DNA of 62,484 nucleotides, counting the filler, from Sphacelaria rigidula (lineage: Eukaryota): NCBI GenBank assembly GCA_964200075.2. It is 11 parts of 11 records of this genome, joined end to end, with 100 filler letters (N's around TTAATTAATTAA, not from the genome) between each part and the next. Parts side by side here need not be neighbours in the genome. Positions count along the whole stretch, not along the records: positions 1 to 5,590 come from CAXNAA020026053.1; positions 5,691 to 11,280 come from CAXNAA020026054.1; positions 11,381 to 16,970 come from CAXNAA020026055.1; 8 more parts are not named here. The stretch is one strand, 5' to 3'. Position 1 is the stretch's first letter. Each line of letters begins with the position of its first letter. A program made the position numbers and the translations under genes. The notes below the pieces were generated by a model. It saw nothing but the letters and a program-made list of their open reading frames with translations. It searched no databases and was not told where the DNA came from. Positions 1 through 13,380 of this stretch are shown here, in pieces.

Positions 1-327
1 GGATATAGAAGAGAAGCGGGCAACGTGCAGTGCATACAGCCCAGGACTATCAGTTCTCTCTTTGTACAATGCGACGTGAAGAGGGCTTCAGCAACGTGCA
101 GCTTTGTGCTGCCTGCACTGTCCATGAGCCTGCACGCAACTCGGTTGCGCACCGTACCACGCAGTTCCGTCGCTGATCCCTACCATGAGAGAAGATGCAA
201 AGTCAAGTTTTAGCCAACAAAAATGAACAAAGCACAACCAACTACTGTATTGCAGTATATCTATCCCTGGGCTCAACTCGTGCGCTATGCTGCAGGATTG
301 CGGTGGTAGCTGAGAGTGAGTTGGGTG

Positions 328-1553
328 TAGGGTTGTTCATCAACACAAATATCACCCGTGATACATGATGTACATATTTGATATGATGTATATCAAATAT
401 CACATTAACATGATGCTGATAAGTTGATAAATATCAAATCACCATGATATGTCACATCAAGTACAAATCGGTGACAAAGTTGATATTTCGCGCAACAAAT
501 GAGGCGTTTCTGCCGTGTAACGGCATTTTTTTGCCTGCGGCGCAATGCGGCGCAACCATAAGTTTGTCGCGCATCGCGCACTGTCCAAGAGGGACCAGAT
601 CCTCACTGAGTGGGGGTTCTATAAAGACGAAGATGTTTTAGACGAAGATGTGGCTGAAGCGGGCGGCACACTGGCATGGTGGGCGAAGGCCGAGCGCGTG
701 TACCCCCACATCGCTAGGCTAGCTCGCAAGTACCTTGCGGTTCAAGCTTCTTCTGCTGCGTCCGAGCGTGTATTCTCTGTAGGCGGACTCGTCGTCACGA
801 AGCACCGGAACCGCCTGAGTGGGGAGCGGGTAGCAGACATCGTGTTCCTCCACGAAAGCATGAAACATTACCTCTGGTAGAATGTCTGCTGCTGTGTTCA
901 TTATCATGTGCTGTATGTAGCCTATGTAGGGTGCCAAGTGCCGTACCGCTTGCAGGGGGTCGGGGGCAGCAAATTGCGCTACCATGCTACAATGTAGAGG
1001 ATACGGTACCATAGGCTCATCGGTTACACGTGGCTAGTTGGTGCCGTTTGCGCGGTACCGTGGTACGACTCGTGCCGTACAGAGAAATTGACAAGACGGC
1101 ATCAGATGTCTATAAACTGTCTAACAGACTAGAAGACGCGTATGGAACAACAACCCATGTTTGGGTGCGTTATTTTTGGGTAGACAGAGTGGACATGTAG
1201 ACTGTAGACACGTTGCTCTCTCTGTTACAGGTTTGCAGGCGACCAAGGTTATTTCAGAGTGATTGGTACCATGTACCCGCAAAAATGGAACAAATCAACA
1301 CTATAACGGGCGTGCGCATGCGTGAGCGTGTGCGGTGATTTGGTTCGTTGTTAAATTTCAGCTCATCGGGGCTCATTTCCCTTTTTAGAACTGCAAAACA
1401 TATCAAAATATCATGATAACCTGATATATCATGATATATCATGATATATTGATATGTTGATATTATATCAAATATCAATGATATATCACGCCGATTTAGA
1501 CCAAAATATCGAATATCATATCAACCCGATATTTGAGTTGATATACAACCCTA
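328..1553 (+). mobile_element. Non-autonomous hAT DNA transposon (internal-deletion derivative, 1226 bp)
   Basis: 26-bp TIRs: left TAGGGTTGTTCATCAACACAAATATC (328-353); reverse complement of right end TAGGGTTGTATATCAACTCAAATATC (ends 1553); 3 mismatches. 8-bp TSD GTTGGGTG (320-327) / GTTGGATG (1554-1561). GATAT/ATATC-rich subterminal repeats at both ends. Internal hAT dimerisation-domain fragment. Confidence 0.92.
545..880 (+). pseudogene. hAT transposase C-terminal dimerisation domain fragment
   Basis: ORF reads LAWW...YPHIARLARKYLAVQASSAASERVFSVGG..VTKHRNRL, the hAT C-terminal WW / S.ERxFS signature. No upstream catalytic region is present. Confidence 0.9.
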
Positions 1554-1789
1554 GTTGGATGGAGTTTGCATGGTCCTGTGAACAGGTGTTATCTGGCGTG
1601 GTGGTCTGTAAGATAGGAGTCAAGTGCTGCTTCGTGTCTTTCGACCGCATTTTCGATCGAAAATGGTTATTATTTCAATCAAATAGTTTCCGTCCGCGCG
1701 CCGCTAATTATAATTTTGAGTTGAAACCTTCTAGGAACATGAATGCGGTGGACCCATCAGATCGGCAAAACAAAATCGACGGCACTTCT

Positions 1790-2370
1790 TGGATCGAAAA
1801 AAAGTGCCAAGACACGCCCTTGGGCTGTGTCTTGGCACATCATTTTTTCGATCGAAAAAGCGCAGTGGAAAACGAAAATCCCGATTTGATAGGTCATGAT
1901 TTCAACCATCTTTGAAATTAACGACGATGGTTGAAATTACGACCTATCAGATCGGAGTTCTCCTTTTCCGCCGCATATTTTCGATGGAAAAATGATGCTC
2001 TAAGGGGCAGTCTTAGCACATCAGTTTTCGATCGAAATTGTACGGTAGAGATAAAAAATCCCGATCTGATAGGTTGTAGTTTCCATCATGTTCAAAATTA
2101 TCGACGATGGTTGAGATTACGACCTATCAGATCGGGATTTTTGCTTTCCACCGCACAATTTCGATCGAAAACCAACGTGCGGAGACAGGCCTTTAGCACA
2201 TCATTCTTTGATCGAATAGGTGCGGTGGAAAACGACACTTTTCGTTTTGGTAGGCCGTGATTTCAACCATCGTCAATATAAACTACGATAATTGAAATCT
2301 CGGCCAATCAGATCGGAGTTTACCTTTTCCACCGCACATTCTAGATCGGAAAATGATGTGCGAGGACACG
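1790..2370. repeat. Tandem array of ~3 palindromic ~180-bp units (foldback-like)
   Basis: GCACATCA recurs at 1835, 2016 and 2196 (period 181/180). Each unit is an imperfect inverted repeat (...CCGATYTGATAGG...CAACCATC loop GATGGTTG...CCTATCAGATCGG...). Confidence 0.85.
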
Positions 2371-3063
2371 GCCTCAACCTCAAAAGAGGATCACGAAATT
2401 AAAAAACATCAGGGTGAAATCCGAACCACGAGCAGCAAGAAGAGAAAATCACTTTGCTGTGTGGGGCCATGAGCATTATATTGGCCCGCACAAAAGGACC
2501 CTACTTGTGTATGCAATAAACGTGTGAGCTAGGCAGTACTCGTAGAGCGTGAGTTCTGTGCAACAGCATTTCGAACGCCAGTATTACATTTCAACATCAG
2601 GTCGTACTGAGTATGCTCTTGCGCTGTGCGAGCTTTTGCGGAACATCCATCGCTAGTTTGTGCGCTGTGGTGCGTAGAACTGAGCCTGAATTTTGGAGGT
2701 GGGTGTGATACGTTCTGTAGTTTTATGCTAGAATGCTCGTGATGGCACGTCCCACCGAGTCCGCTGACTCCACCGTTTTGTGTTTCCAGGGGGTGGTGAA
2801 AAACGTGACACTAAATGAGGCACGACACCGATGTGTATCTGTGCCACACTTCTGGGCCACCAAAAGAACAAAATACACCACGGACCGCTGGCGACTGAAC
2901 CAGGGAGCGCTGACAAGTTGAGAGGCGAACAACCAGATGGAAAGCTGAAGTATCACATATGTACCACACATCAACAGCCGAAAAAGGGATCCAAAGTCCG
3001 AAATACGGACGCCTGGCATGTACCTCTGTACTGCTGTACGAGCAACAACGACGGGGTACTCAC

Positions 3064-3223
3064 TGCGATAGACGCCAGCTTCAATCATGGAGAAATTAGC
3101 CGGTGGGAAAAGATCTTCGAGATCCTCTTCCCCATGCTGCTGTCGATGCTGCTGCTGTTGCTGCTGCAGTGTGCCATGTGATCCTCCGCCTCCGCCGGCA
3201 GCTGACGATACTCCTGAGCTCAT
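3064..3223 (-). CDS. First exon of a PFA-DSP/Siw14-Oca-like atypical dual-specificity phosphatase
   Basis: ATG at 3223 gives MSSG...QQQQQQH...LFPPANFSMIEAGVYR(S), matching the family N-terminal PPxNFxMVxxGxYRS motif. Followed immediately by a GTGAGT donor (3063-3058). Later exons not found in this contig. Confidence 0.8.
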
Positions 3224-4413
3224 CTCCCTCAAAATCAATAACTACACCGCTTTACACAGCAAATCTATGCAGTCAAAGACCCTGCTCCAGTGCTCCAGAA
3301 CCCAGCACCCCCAAGAAATATCCAGTTTGCGGTGGGTACCGCACGTGACGGGGAATAACACCCCCAGGCGATACGTCTTTTATCAGACTTGATATGCTAG
3401 CGAAGCGAGGTTCCCTACTCCAGTGGCAACCTGTTTTACCACAATTTCTCAACAAATGGTTTCAGGGCACACTTTTGGGTGGCACAAGCGCAGTACGTTT
3501 CGAGAAAATCCAGACTGAAACACTGATTCCCCAGGGGTTTGCACTCAGTGTATCTACCGTACCCACTGGCTGCTTTGTCCCGCTGTTTTGTCTTGCTTGA
3601 ACCACGTTGAAAAATGACTCTTCCTCTCTTGAATACCAAGTAGGCTAGTAGGATGAGGTCGAGGTAAAGAAATGAAGCTGAAACATGCAGTGCTCTAACA
3701 CGTTGCCCACATCCAGTGTATTTATCGAGGAGAAGCTCGAGTGGCTGGCAACGTGAACTACTTGTTTTTTTGCATGTTTCTGTCCATCACATTCGATTCT
3801 TTCGGAACATACCCCGCTGCTGGTACAGGCTACGGTAGCAGCAATAAAAGGAAGTATTCGCTGTAGCACGATAGAACTAGAAGAAAGTACAAGTACAGCA
3901 GAAGCATAGCTATACTAGCAATCGTACCGGTCTGTAGTCCAATCTTCCAAAATCTTTATATTTTATACGAATGGCGCAGGTAATGCATTGTGCCTAGGTA
4001 TACATGACCAGAAGAGGTTCGTCATGGAGTTTCTTCTCGTTTTTATTTGCGGCATTTCTTTTCGCAGTGTATATATATATATATATACGTTTGACGAGCC
4101 AGTTTCGAGTCATCGAAAATCTTAGAAGATGATGAAAATAACACTCCCGCCAGCTCCTACGCACCTAGTTCTCAGGTCTTCAAAGGCATAACGCGTGCCC
4201 AATCAATATTTGTACAGGGTTGGATAGGGTCCGCCAAGATTGAGTTGCCTAACAGATCCACAAACGATAGCAAGATGATGGATAATGACCCCGCCCGTGA
4301 CTGTACTGTTGCGCGCAATTTTCAACGCGACCCAGACCCAGGCAATAAGGAGGACTCCAGTCTCACTACTTGTACAACGACTACGGTATCGTACCATTGA
4401 GTACGATACAGCG

Positions 4414-4578
4414 ATGGCTCCCAAGAAGTCTCCTCGGGATCTGGAAGAGCAATGGAAATGCCGACCCGAACTTCTATTTCCTGTGACGAGACCGCCGCCC
4501 CGGCGGTGGGCTGATGTCTCCATAGTCTTTGTTCCAAAACGGCCAAGTCGGCACTGGGGTTTGATACGAGGCATCCAG
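4414..4578 (+). CDS. Possible first exon of an unknown protein
   Basis: ATG at 4414, 55 open codons (MAPKKSPRDLEEQW...LIRGIQ), then CAG|GTTGGT donor. No recognisable homology. Confidence 0.25.
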
Positions 4579-5590
4579 GTTGGTTTCGTGTGCGTGTGTG
4601 CGGGGGGCAGGAAGATGGGGGATAGATCTATTCCACCTTTCTCCCGAATACGTTGTGTATTTCATTGTCTTGTTCAGGTGTGTTGGCGTGGGTTGAGTGA
4701 CTTGCGGGGGTAGAGGGGTGATTTCTGCCGTTTGCTGTTCATGTTTTATTAGAGGAGTATGTTGAGCCGTTGCCGTTTTTCGGTTGCTTCGTTTTAAATT
4801 TTCCATCAGTCTGTGCTCCGCCGGCAGAGATGAGGAGCGGTACTGTCTGTAGTGTTCTTAGCTGCAGCTGGAGTACTCCCGGTGGAGGTGATCAGGCTGT
4901 TGGCGTTCATTATCAAGCTCCTTCGTGGCGAGAAGAGCAAGCAAAGCTTTTCTGGAGCTGGACAAAAGAGGGTACATATCTATGTCCTTGCATTCCGGTC
5001 CCGACAGGGTACACGTCAAAAGCCTCTCCATCAAGTATCGGAATCACCCATGACCTCGGTATTCGCGCCTGTACCCATGTTACTCGCTCAAGGTGGGAAT
5101 ACTTGTCCTTAGTCGTTGACACAATTCCAAAGCCTAGGGTGGCTGGCAGGAAAACGATGCGACTCTTGAAACCATCGTAGAGCTGAGTGTTCTTCGTCCA
5201 GCTACGCCTGGCTGTCGTCTACAACTGACTGCACGCAAACCAAAACGAAGGGCGGCTCGGGCCACCGTTTCGAACGCGTGCTACTGTTCTCCCTTCCGAT
5301 CCTAGCCGATTTAGTGGCATTCGCTGCGATCAATGACACTTAGTCGGCAATTTTGTTTGAAGCACTGTATGATGCAAGCCGGTTTACTCATTTGTCTGCC
5401 GTAAAGGATGACTCATGTATAACTCTCGCTTCAATTGCCAAACATTGTTCTCCCTCGCCTCCGAACACGAAGTTCCCCGATTGGGAACTATTTTCGCTTT
5501 TTCAACTCGGCTTTCGGATTTGTGCATGAGAATGCCCTGTAACGAGGGGGGAGACGGGGGGAGACGGGGGGGGCGGACTCATTTGTTGCT

Positions 5591-5690
5591 NNNNNNNNNN
5601 NNNNNNNNNNNNNNNNNNNNNNNNNNNNNNNNNNTTAATTAATTAANNNNNNNNNNNNNNNNNNNNNNNNNNNNNNNNNNNNNNNNNNNN
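5591..5690. other. Artificial contig spacer (first of ten)
   Basis: 44 N + TTAATTAATTAA (stops in all six frames) + 44 N. Identical spacers start at 5591, 11281, 16971, 22661, 28351, 34040, 39729, 45418, 51107 and 56796. Confidence 0.98.
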
Positions 5691-8600
5691 CAATTCTAAC
5701 CTCAGAAAGTATTCCTGTACCCCTACCGTAGCATCACTCCAGGCAAGAAATACCTCGTTTGGCTGATGATGTCAGTCATATACCCGTACGAGTGCTTCTG
5801 AGTAGTTTCCGGTATTGATGCCGTCGTTGTTTCCAGGTACCGTAGCACACCGCGAGGTTCTTTACGCCTCCGTAGACGCAATGTGGGCAGCTTTTATCCA
5901 TCAAGAAATAAACCTCAATCCCGCCATTCGGGGTGAAGAATATTTGTCGTCGCGTTCACAGCCTGCCGCTGTTTCCTCCGCGAACACCTGTGGATCTCGC
6001 GGACGGAACTCGAGTTCATCTCGTCCTACATGGACCCCCGCCTCTGTCGCCGGTTCAGTAATGAGTGCTAGGAGTAACAAAGACCAATTCTGCGCGAATT
6101 TTGACGGATAGCCGTACTCTGAGTAGATATGGGACTATGTTTACTTGATTTCTACGACAGCTTTCATCACGGATGATCCCCATTTGTGGCACCCGCTTCT
6201 GTCTTCTTCGGCTAGGCGTGACGCTTTCAGCTGCCACGCCAGCAGCTGTATCATCTGCAATGTACAGGGCCACAGCATGTGTGACTTTGACAACTCATGC
6301 ATCAACGCATTCGATCTCATAAACCCTGAACTACAGGACAATAAACCCGCGTGGCGCCGATGGCAAAAACGAATGCGCGGCTATCGTGCCCTGAGTCGAA
6401 ATAATCGCAACCATACGAACACTCGAGACAACTATCGCTCTAACCGCGATCGCCGACAAGACATCAACCATAGTTCGTGCACTCGCCAAAGAGATTATAC
6501 CTCTCGCGACAATCATGGTTTCGCTGATAGACACCAGCGGACGGGACCGACACAGAGCTCGAACCCCAACACCAGAAACCCTGGTACCTTCACTTCGGAT
6601 CGCATAGATCCATGACTCCGGCGTTCCAAAGTCTTCGGCGCCGCCGACAGCACTTTCGAAGACTTTTTCAACACCGCCCGCGGAACGAGCGACAAAACAT
6701 TATCGTCCAATTTCCCCGGCGTGACGCAGAAGCAGTAATGACGGCCGCTCAAATCAACCCCCGTCTTCACCTCTTCGCACACAGCGTAACAGTTGCGTGA
6801 ACTCACGACGTAGCTCTACGCTCGGCTTTGGACTTGGTCCTTCAGAACTGAGTGTAAATCTGAGGTGTGGGAACACCAGCCGCCCGACTCTGAGACAAAG
6901 GCTTCCCTCAGCGACCGCACGCACAGGCTGTAGTTAATCTCACTTGACTGGTTCAAGTGTCACTGGTCTTAATTTGACCACTTCGGGCCAAGTAACACCC
7001 ACCCACCTCAAACGGGTTCGTTCTTAGTGTTCATGAAATCACGCGAAACTACTCCCGAACGGTTCCAAGAAAAACCGTCTTAAGTTATAATCAGCTATGA
7101 CTCCTCAGCCAAGCTTGCCAACGGAAAGTCCACAAGTTCCACTTGGTCAATGGTCACACGACTAAGGCAAACAACAAATGAGTACGACCATCGTCACTGC
7201 GAAAGAGGAAGCCCCGTAAGGATGCCCCCGAGGAAGCGCGCGCATCATCGCGCGCACCTCTCTCGAGCGGAAAATCTCGGCTTAAATCTCTCCAAAATGC
7301 GACGACTTTGAGCTCGACGGCTTTATCAAGCATCACGGAAGAAACAAATTCAAATACTTCCGACGCCACTGCTTCTTCAATCGACAGCCCCAACAACGCA
7401 CAATCTGGATCCACCTTGAATGTTGATCCCTGTCTACCCAAGACGATTATTTACGAAATCGCCGATGATCAGTCTAACCGTACCTCACCTATAATATACC
7501 GTCCACAACCTTCGCTGGTGAGAAATCTGACCCACCGGCGGATCACCCACCGTCCGTTTTTGCTATCAGTCCCGCTGATCCTGACCAATTTACCTTGCCG
7601 GAACATGGTCCGGATCTTGTCGGCGGTAAAGTGTCTGTGGACCCGAACACTTCCACTACACGCATCGCGATCCACTCTGGTTCTACGCTAACAGGCCTAC
7701 AATGCGTATCCTTGTTGGACAGCGGCAGCCCGCACACATTCATTCGAGAATCAACCTGGGAACACATGAAATAAGCTGGCGCTGCTACTGCAGCTTGTGA
7801 AACCACCACCCAACCTCAAGTATGGGGCGACGTCGGTGATTTTACCTCACCCCTGACTACACGAAAACCCGTACGTCTCAGTGTGCGATTGTTTTCACAA
7901 CACTACTCGTTCTGCCAGCCTGGTCGTGTGGGCATTTATCCCCGACAGCACAATGCATCACGCCATATTATTGGGCAGATATAGCTATATGCGGTTTAAT
8001 AAACGAATCTACCGCTTGCTTCCACCACTTTCACCACAATCCACGTCTCGTGGAGAATTCAACCTTGACACTTTGATACACTCCACGGCGCCCTGTCCTA
8101 CCAAAAGAATACTCAACCAACTGGAGTTGCTTACCACCTAGTATACAGCGGCAGTGTTGGTATTAAACTTTGCGACGATCCTCAACTTTCAAAAGTTGCA
8201 CTAGTTCGCCGAATTGGCATGCCTGCACTTACGGGTCATTATTTTGCCGAAATGTTACTCTGTATTGGCGCACCAGCCGACACAGAACATTTTGTCTCGG
8301 CGGGACAACATCTCCTCTCTCTTACGGGTCATCATGCTAACTTGACACCCCGCGATATTTTAGGAATCACTGCTGCTCCCCTGATGCACATCCCACTCGA
8401 GGCGTGCGTAACAGAGCCTGCCGAGCCCAACGCATCATCTCTGACAGAGTCAGTCCCTTGTGTCGATGAACCCTATTTCGACCTCGCCTCTGCGACTCCA
8501 CCCCAGGTCCACGCCGTGGATTCTGCCCAACCAAATTCCGATCCTCTTGCTGAAGTGCTTCAACGCTTATCACCAGATTCGCCGCCGCACTTGCGTGATA

Positions 8601-11280
8601 TCAACTTTGATCTTCATGGGCCCGGCTGGGAACCAGCAGTCATCCGAAAACTCGGTGATATCCTGCTACAATACCAAAACCGATTTTCCCTATCCAAGAC
8701 GGATCTTGGGCACTGCAAAACGCTGCCCTTTGAGGTACACTCCAACCCGGGGTCTCGCCAATAACCTCTCGACCATACCGGACAAACCCAATCCTCACCA
8801 AAAAAGTAAATGCCATCTTGGATGCGTATTTGGGAGCGGGATTAATACAACATTTCTCCTTTCCTTGGGCCTCGCCACTTGTGGTCGTTTTCAAAACGGA
8901 CGTAAACATACGCATAACCGTGAGTTACCAACGACTGAACCGCGTCACTGTGGTTGGTAAACTTCCAATCCCCCGCATTAATGAAGTGTTCGAATCCTTA
9001 GGCGAAAAAACATATTCAGCACCTTCGACCTCGCTTCTGGATTTCTCCAGAATGCTATCCACCCTGACACAGTCCCACTTACGGCCTTTTGTACCTCGTC
9101 CCGGCTCTACGAGTGGCTTCGAATGCCACAAGGCGCTACCACTGCTCCGGGATGCTTTCAACGCTTGATGAAACGCGTCACCGACGGCCTCGAGCACATC
9201 ATGTACCTAGATGACGTTGTCGCTTCCGATGCCTCACCTATTGCACACATCTATACCCTACGAGAATATTCCTCTCGCCTACAAACACACGACTTGAAAC
9301 TGTTTCCGTCCAAAGCTCGCCTTGGTGCGACTGACTTCGATTTCCTGGGGCGTTCCATTCCGCCAGCAGGCCTACATCCGGATACAAAGTCAGAGCGATG
9401 ACTGATTCGCCGATGCCAACCAACATTTCTCAGTTTCGCTCACTGTTGGGTGGACTGTCCTACTACCGCAAATGTTTGCCTATTTATCCAAACGGATTCG
9501 CCCCATTACTGAGTCACTCAAGAAAGGAGCCGTGCTTACCCTCGCCACCGATATGAAGAATATCACCCGCGAATTGCTGAAAACGCTTACCGAAAAGCTG
9601 GTACTCCGTTTTCCTGATTGGGAGGCAGTACAAGATGGCTCTTGCCCTTTCCAACTCCACACTGACGCCAGCACAGAGGGATTTGGAGGGGTTTCGAATC
9701 AACATCAGGTTGATGACTCCGTTCGACCCATCCTCGACATCTGCCGCGCCACCCTGCCCAACGAGACCAATTGGAGCCCGCTAGAATTGGAAGGCGGAGT
9801 AATCACCTGGGCCACTAAGCGCCGCTGACAATATTTGTTTCACGTGCCCTTTGAGATCTACACGGATCATGGGGCACTCGAACAACTCGCCAAGGTTGAC
9901 GAAAACAACCCGCGTGTGTACAACGATGGCTGGAATTTCTAACAGCATACCAGTATACCATTGAGCACCGTCCAAGGCCGAAGCTCTCGAGAGCAGGGCT
10001 TTAGTGGGAGCTTCCCCCCCACCGCCTTGAGCCACCGCTCGAGGCGTCTTCCCCACATGATGCCGCGAGGTGGTCTAGCCGAGCCTTCAGGTAATCGGCA
10101 CAAACTCGCTAGCGATCGCCTGCGATCGCTTGCGGGGTAAGTGTTGGGTTAGGTTTCCTCCTTCCATCAAGGAAAACTTAATAAAAATAATAATAATATA
10201 CACCGCCTGATCTTCTCTCCCCGACTACCCCTGCCGCCTACGGCCGCAGAGTTTAGCCCAGCTTGCCGTTTAACGGAACCCGATGAACCTGGGATCTACC
10301 CTATTAGACGCTTTTCAACGCCCGTTTATGCCCTTGACTTTCAGTGCCCAAAGACTGGTGTGCACATGGGAGGACCTCGCCCTCTACCATATGACGCCGT
10401 CTTGGGTGGTCTAAAGCCCACTATCTCCGATCTTATCGATTTCTGCACTTTTGGTATTCGCGCAAAGCTTTTCACGAAGATATCTTCGGTCATTCACCTA
10501 ATCTCCGACAACACGCGCTCCCGGTCTGCCGCCCGCACCACCCCCCGGAGTGCCCCGCCGCCAAAGATAATACCTACAATTTCCATGAGCCACGTAGCAC
10601 CGATCCCACGGACCAACCACAGCGCTCCGCAAGACCTACTGTAACGCGCACCACGCGCCGCGGACAATCTTCGCCAAGCACTGCTACAACCCCGCCGCCC
10701 ATAACGGCGCCGACAACATCTACCGATCCTGAGCATGGAGCCGACGACTCAGCTACTGCTCCCGGGGCAGATATTGACGTCGGCATTTCTGCCTCGTCAC
10801 CTATTCCCCCGCTGCCAACCCCACCATGTTTGGTCGGCTCTTCAGAGGAAGGTCAGCTGCACGAGTTTCTCGCCAGCTACTCTCACCACGATTGGGCTCG
10901 CGAACAGAATGCGGAACCTTTATATCGCACAACCATCCGGTACTTACAGCATGACTGTCCAGTCCCTTTTCCATCCGTCCTTCTGGCCCCGGTTGGCACA
11001 CTGCCACCACCAGATAGCTCTGACGTATACGAGCTCGTGCGTAAAGGCACCATTTTTACAACGGATAAAGGCAAACAACTACTATGCGTCGCCCCACGCC
11101 TTTGACGGGCGCACTTTCTGTCTCAAGCACGGGACGCCGCGCACGACCACACAATGACGAACCACCACGCATATATGTCCCATTATGAATGCGCCCCTGG
11201 GTCATGAAGACACTTTCTACGATAGCCCCCCCCAAAAAGTGCATGGTTTTGGGAGGCAAAATCTTCACGTGAATCGAAAT
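5691..11280 (+). mobile_element. Decayed Ty3/Gypsy LTR retrotransposon internal region (gag-PR-RT-RH-start of IN)
   Basis: Protease SLLDSGSPHTFI (~7710-7745). RT motifs PWASPLVVV..IRITVSYQRLN, MPQG and MYLDDVV (8760-9460). RNase H FQLHTDAS, ELE and IYTDH (9470-9970). Domain order RT-RH-IN. Many stops and frameshifts; no LTR seen. Confidence 0.9.
9978..10200 (+). mobile_element. Short insertion with (AAT)n tail inside the Gypsy RNase H C-terminus
   Basis: Interrupts RNase H before the DLLSRLP-like motif (~10210) and ends in AATAATAATAATA. Core CGCTCGAGGCGTC...GGTGGTCTAGCC...GGTAATCGGCAC has a second copy on the minus strand at ~27795-27868. Boundaries approximate. Confidence 0.55.
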
Positions 11281-11380
11281 NNNNNNNNNNNNNNNNNNNN
11301 NNNNNNNNNNNNNNNNNNNNNNNNTTAATTAATTAANNNNNNNNNNNNNNNNNNNNNNNNNNNNNNNNNNNNNNNNNNNN

Positions 11381-11460
11381 CCGTCTCGAAAGTGATGCGT
11401 GGTCAATGGTCAAACGACCAAGGCAAGCAGCAAATGAGTACGCCCCCCGGCCCCGCCACC
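11381..11460 (+). mobile_element. 3' end of poly(C)-tailed LINE (family L-C)
   Basis: CCGTCTCGAAAGTGATGCGTGGTCAATGGTCAAACGACCAAGGCAAGCAGCAAATGAGTACGCCCCCC; same motif as the 3' end of the long LINE fragment at 32520-33760. Confidence 0.8.
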
Positions 11461-12074
11461 GCCGACTTGTTTCAGGCAAAAATAGATTCCTTAGCGCTGT
11501 TTTTGAGCGACGTCAGGATTCCGGCAGTCTAAGCATTGCCGAGGTAGGTCTCGCATCATTTTGAGAAGCAAAATATGGAGGTCGCTTAGTTACGTCCACG
11601 CCGAACACGGATTTCTCCCGGGATGGCTGCGCCCGAGTATTGCTCGATCATCTTGTCTTCTGGGTTGATGTGAGCGCGACATGATGATGGGAAATAACGG
11701 TTGCATGCGTAGCATCCCCACGCCATCCCACCCCCATCATCTCCTCTGTTTCACCTATTGAGAAATTTTCGGGAGATGACTCCTGGGAAATCTGGCTGCG
11801 TGTCGCCTTGATAATGGTAATGTTTTCTCCTTTGCTTTGCCGCTAAAGAAAGCAATGTTGGGTGTACTCATGATCATGCATACCATAGTCATAAGAACAT
11901 TGACCTCGCAAGCAATGTTGGGGGGGGGGGGGGGGAAAAAAAAAAAAATCCTTAACCTCTGGTCGCAAAGGAAAGCGCCCAGGGCCGCGGAAGGGGGAAA
12001 AAAAAAAAAAAAAANNNNNNNNNNAGGTGGTGTGGGTTCTCTGTATAATAATAAAATTAGGAAAAAAGAGGGGT

Positions 12075-12114
<40 letters not shown>

Positions 12115-13380
12115 TAAACAGGAAATGCTTGTACGTTCGTCGCAAAGAGAAGCTGCCAGGGCATCGAGAAGGGAAAAAAAAGAGAAAGAAGAAGCTGCCG
12201 AGTGAAGTATCATCAATTGCCAGCATTCTACACGTCGAATCTATTCATACGCGCCATTCGAGCGCGGATACCGTACCCATCACACGAGAAAACAAATTTC
12301 CACACTACTGTACGGCTGAAAGGTCATACACAACTCACCGCGGTGGTACTACTACTAACATCAGAAGACCCCTTTGCCTCCGGTGACACAGAACTACTAT
12401 GACAGTCGAGGCCTGTCAGACTACAATAAGGTTCAAGGGCTCGACACTTGCAAGAACAATACGGCCGAGAAAGTGGCACCACGGATATACAGTACACAAC
12501 CAACGCCTTTCTCCAACACCCCGCGCGAAACACATATCGAAACAAAACCAAACGGGTGTAACAATTGCAACTCGTGGGCGGGAAGCGGTATGCACACAGC
12601 ACCCGCGGCGAACAGCCATCTTCCAAATAAGGTGAAACGATGACTCAACAGATGAGCACACTGAGCGCTCAAAAAGAGTCAAGAAAGGAAAGCCATCACA
12701 GCATTTTCGATATACAAAGCAATCGGAGCCGGCTCCACGCTTGCCACCCCAAACGAACGGTTATCGTTGGCCCCGGGCACAGTACCTTTTTCGGGGCAAA
12801 CGGTATATTTCTACCCATATCGTTGTGCTATCGAGACGACATTTCTGCACCAATTGTCGGCCAGCCCGCGACCTCCGGCGTGCCATAATAATACCTACTA
12901 CATGACCTTCCTCACCCTCCGTTCCCCCCAGAGTACTGAACAATATATCACAGCAAAACATTTGCAACCCAAAATTTACTTGCTCCCGGAATGAGCGAAT
13001 TTCTCCGTCATCTCTGGCATAAGACAGCTCTCACACGGCCTCCACTTTAATCGTCGAACATCGACCACAGCAACCCCGGTGAACCCCGCAATAAATACAA
13101 AAACAATTTCACAAGAGCCATATCCAGCTTTCATGGGGAAAAACTAAATCGCGTGACCCCGCCCGGCCCGTGCAGCATAAGGAATAACCTGCGAAACGCT
13201 TCCTGCCTTGCATTATCCCCTGCGCCCCGGAATCACTCTAGTTCAACGTAATTCCGTATGGCGAACACCCGGCATATAGTACCATCGCGGCATCATTTCA
13301 TTTTTCACAATTCATCTCCCTCCATCCCTCTCCCCATCCCCCCCGCCCACTCCTTCGCATTATCTCTCTTTTGTACTGCA

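Noticed and set aside
5635..5646. TTAATTAATTAA as a biological motif
   Set aside because: Always centred in 44+44 N; it is an all-frame stop linker.
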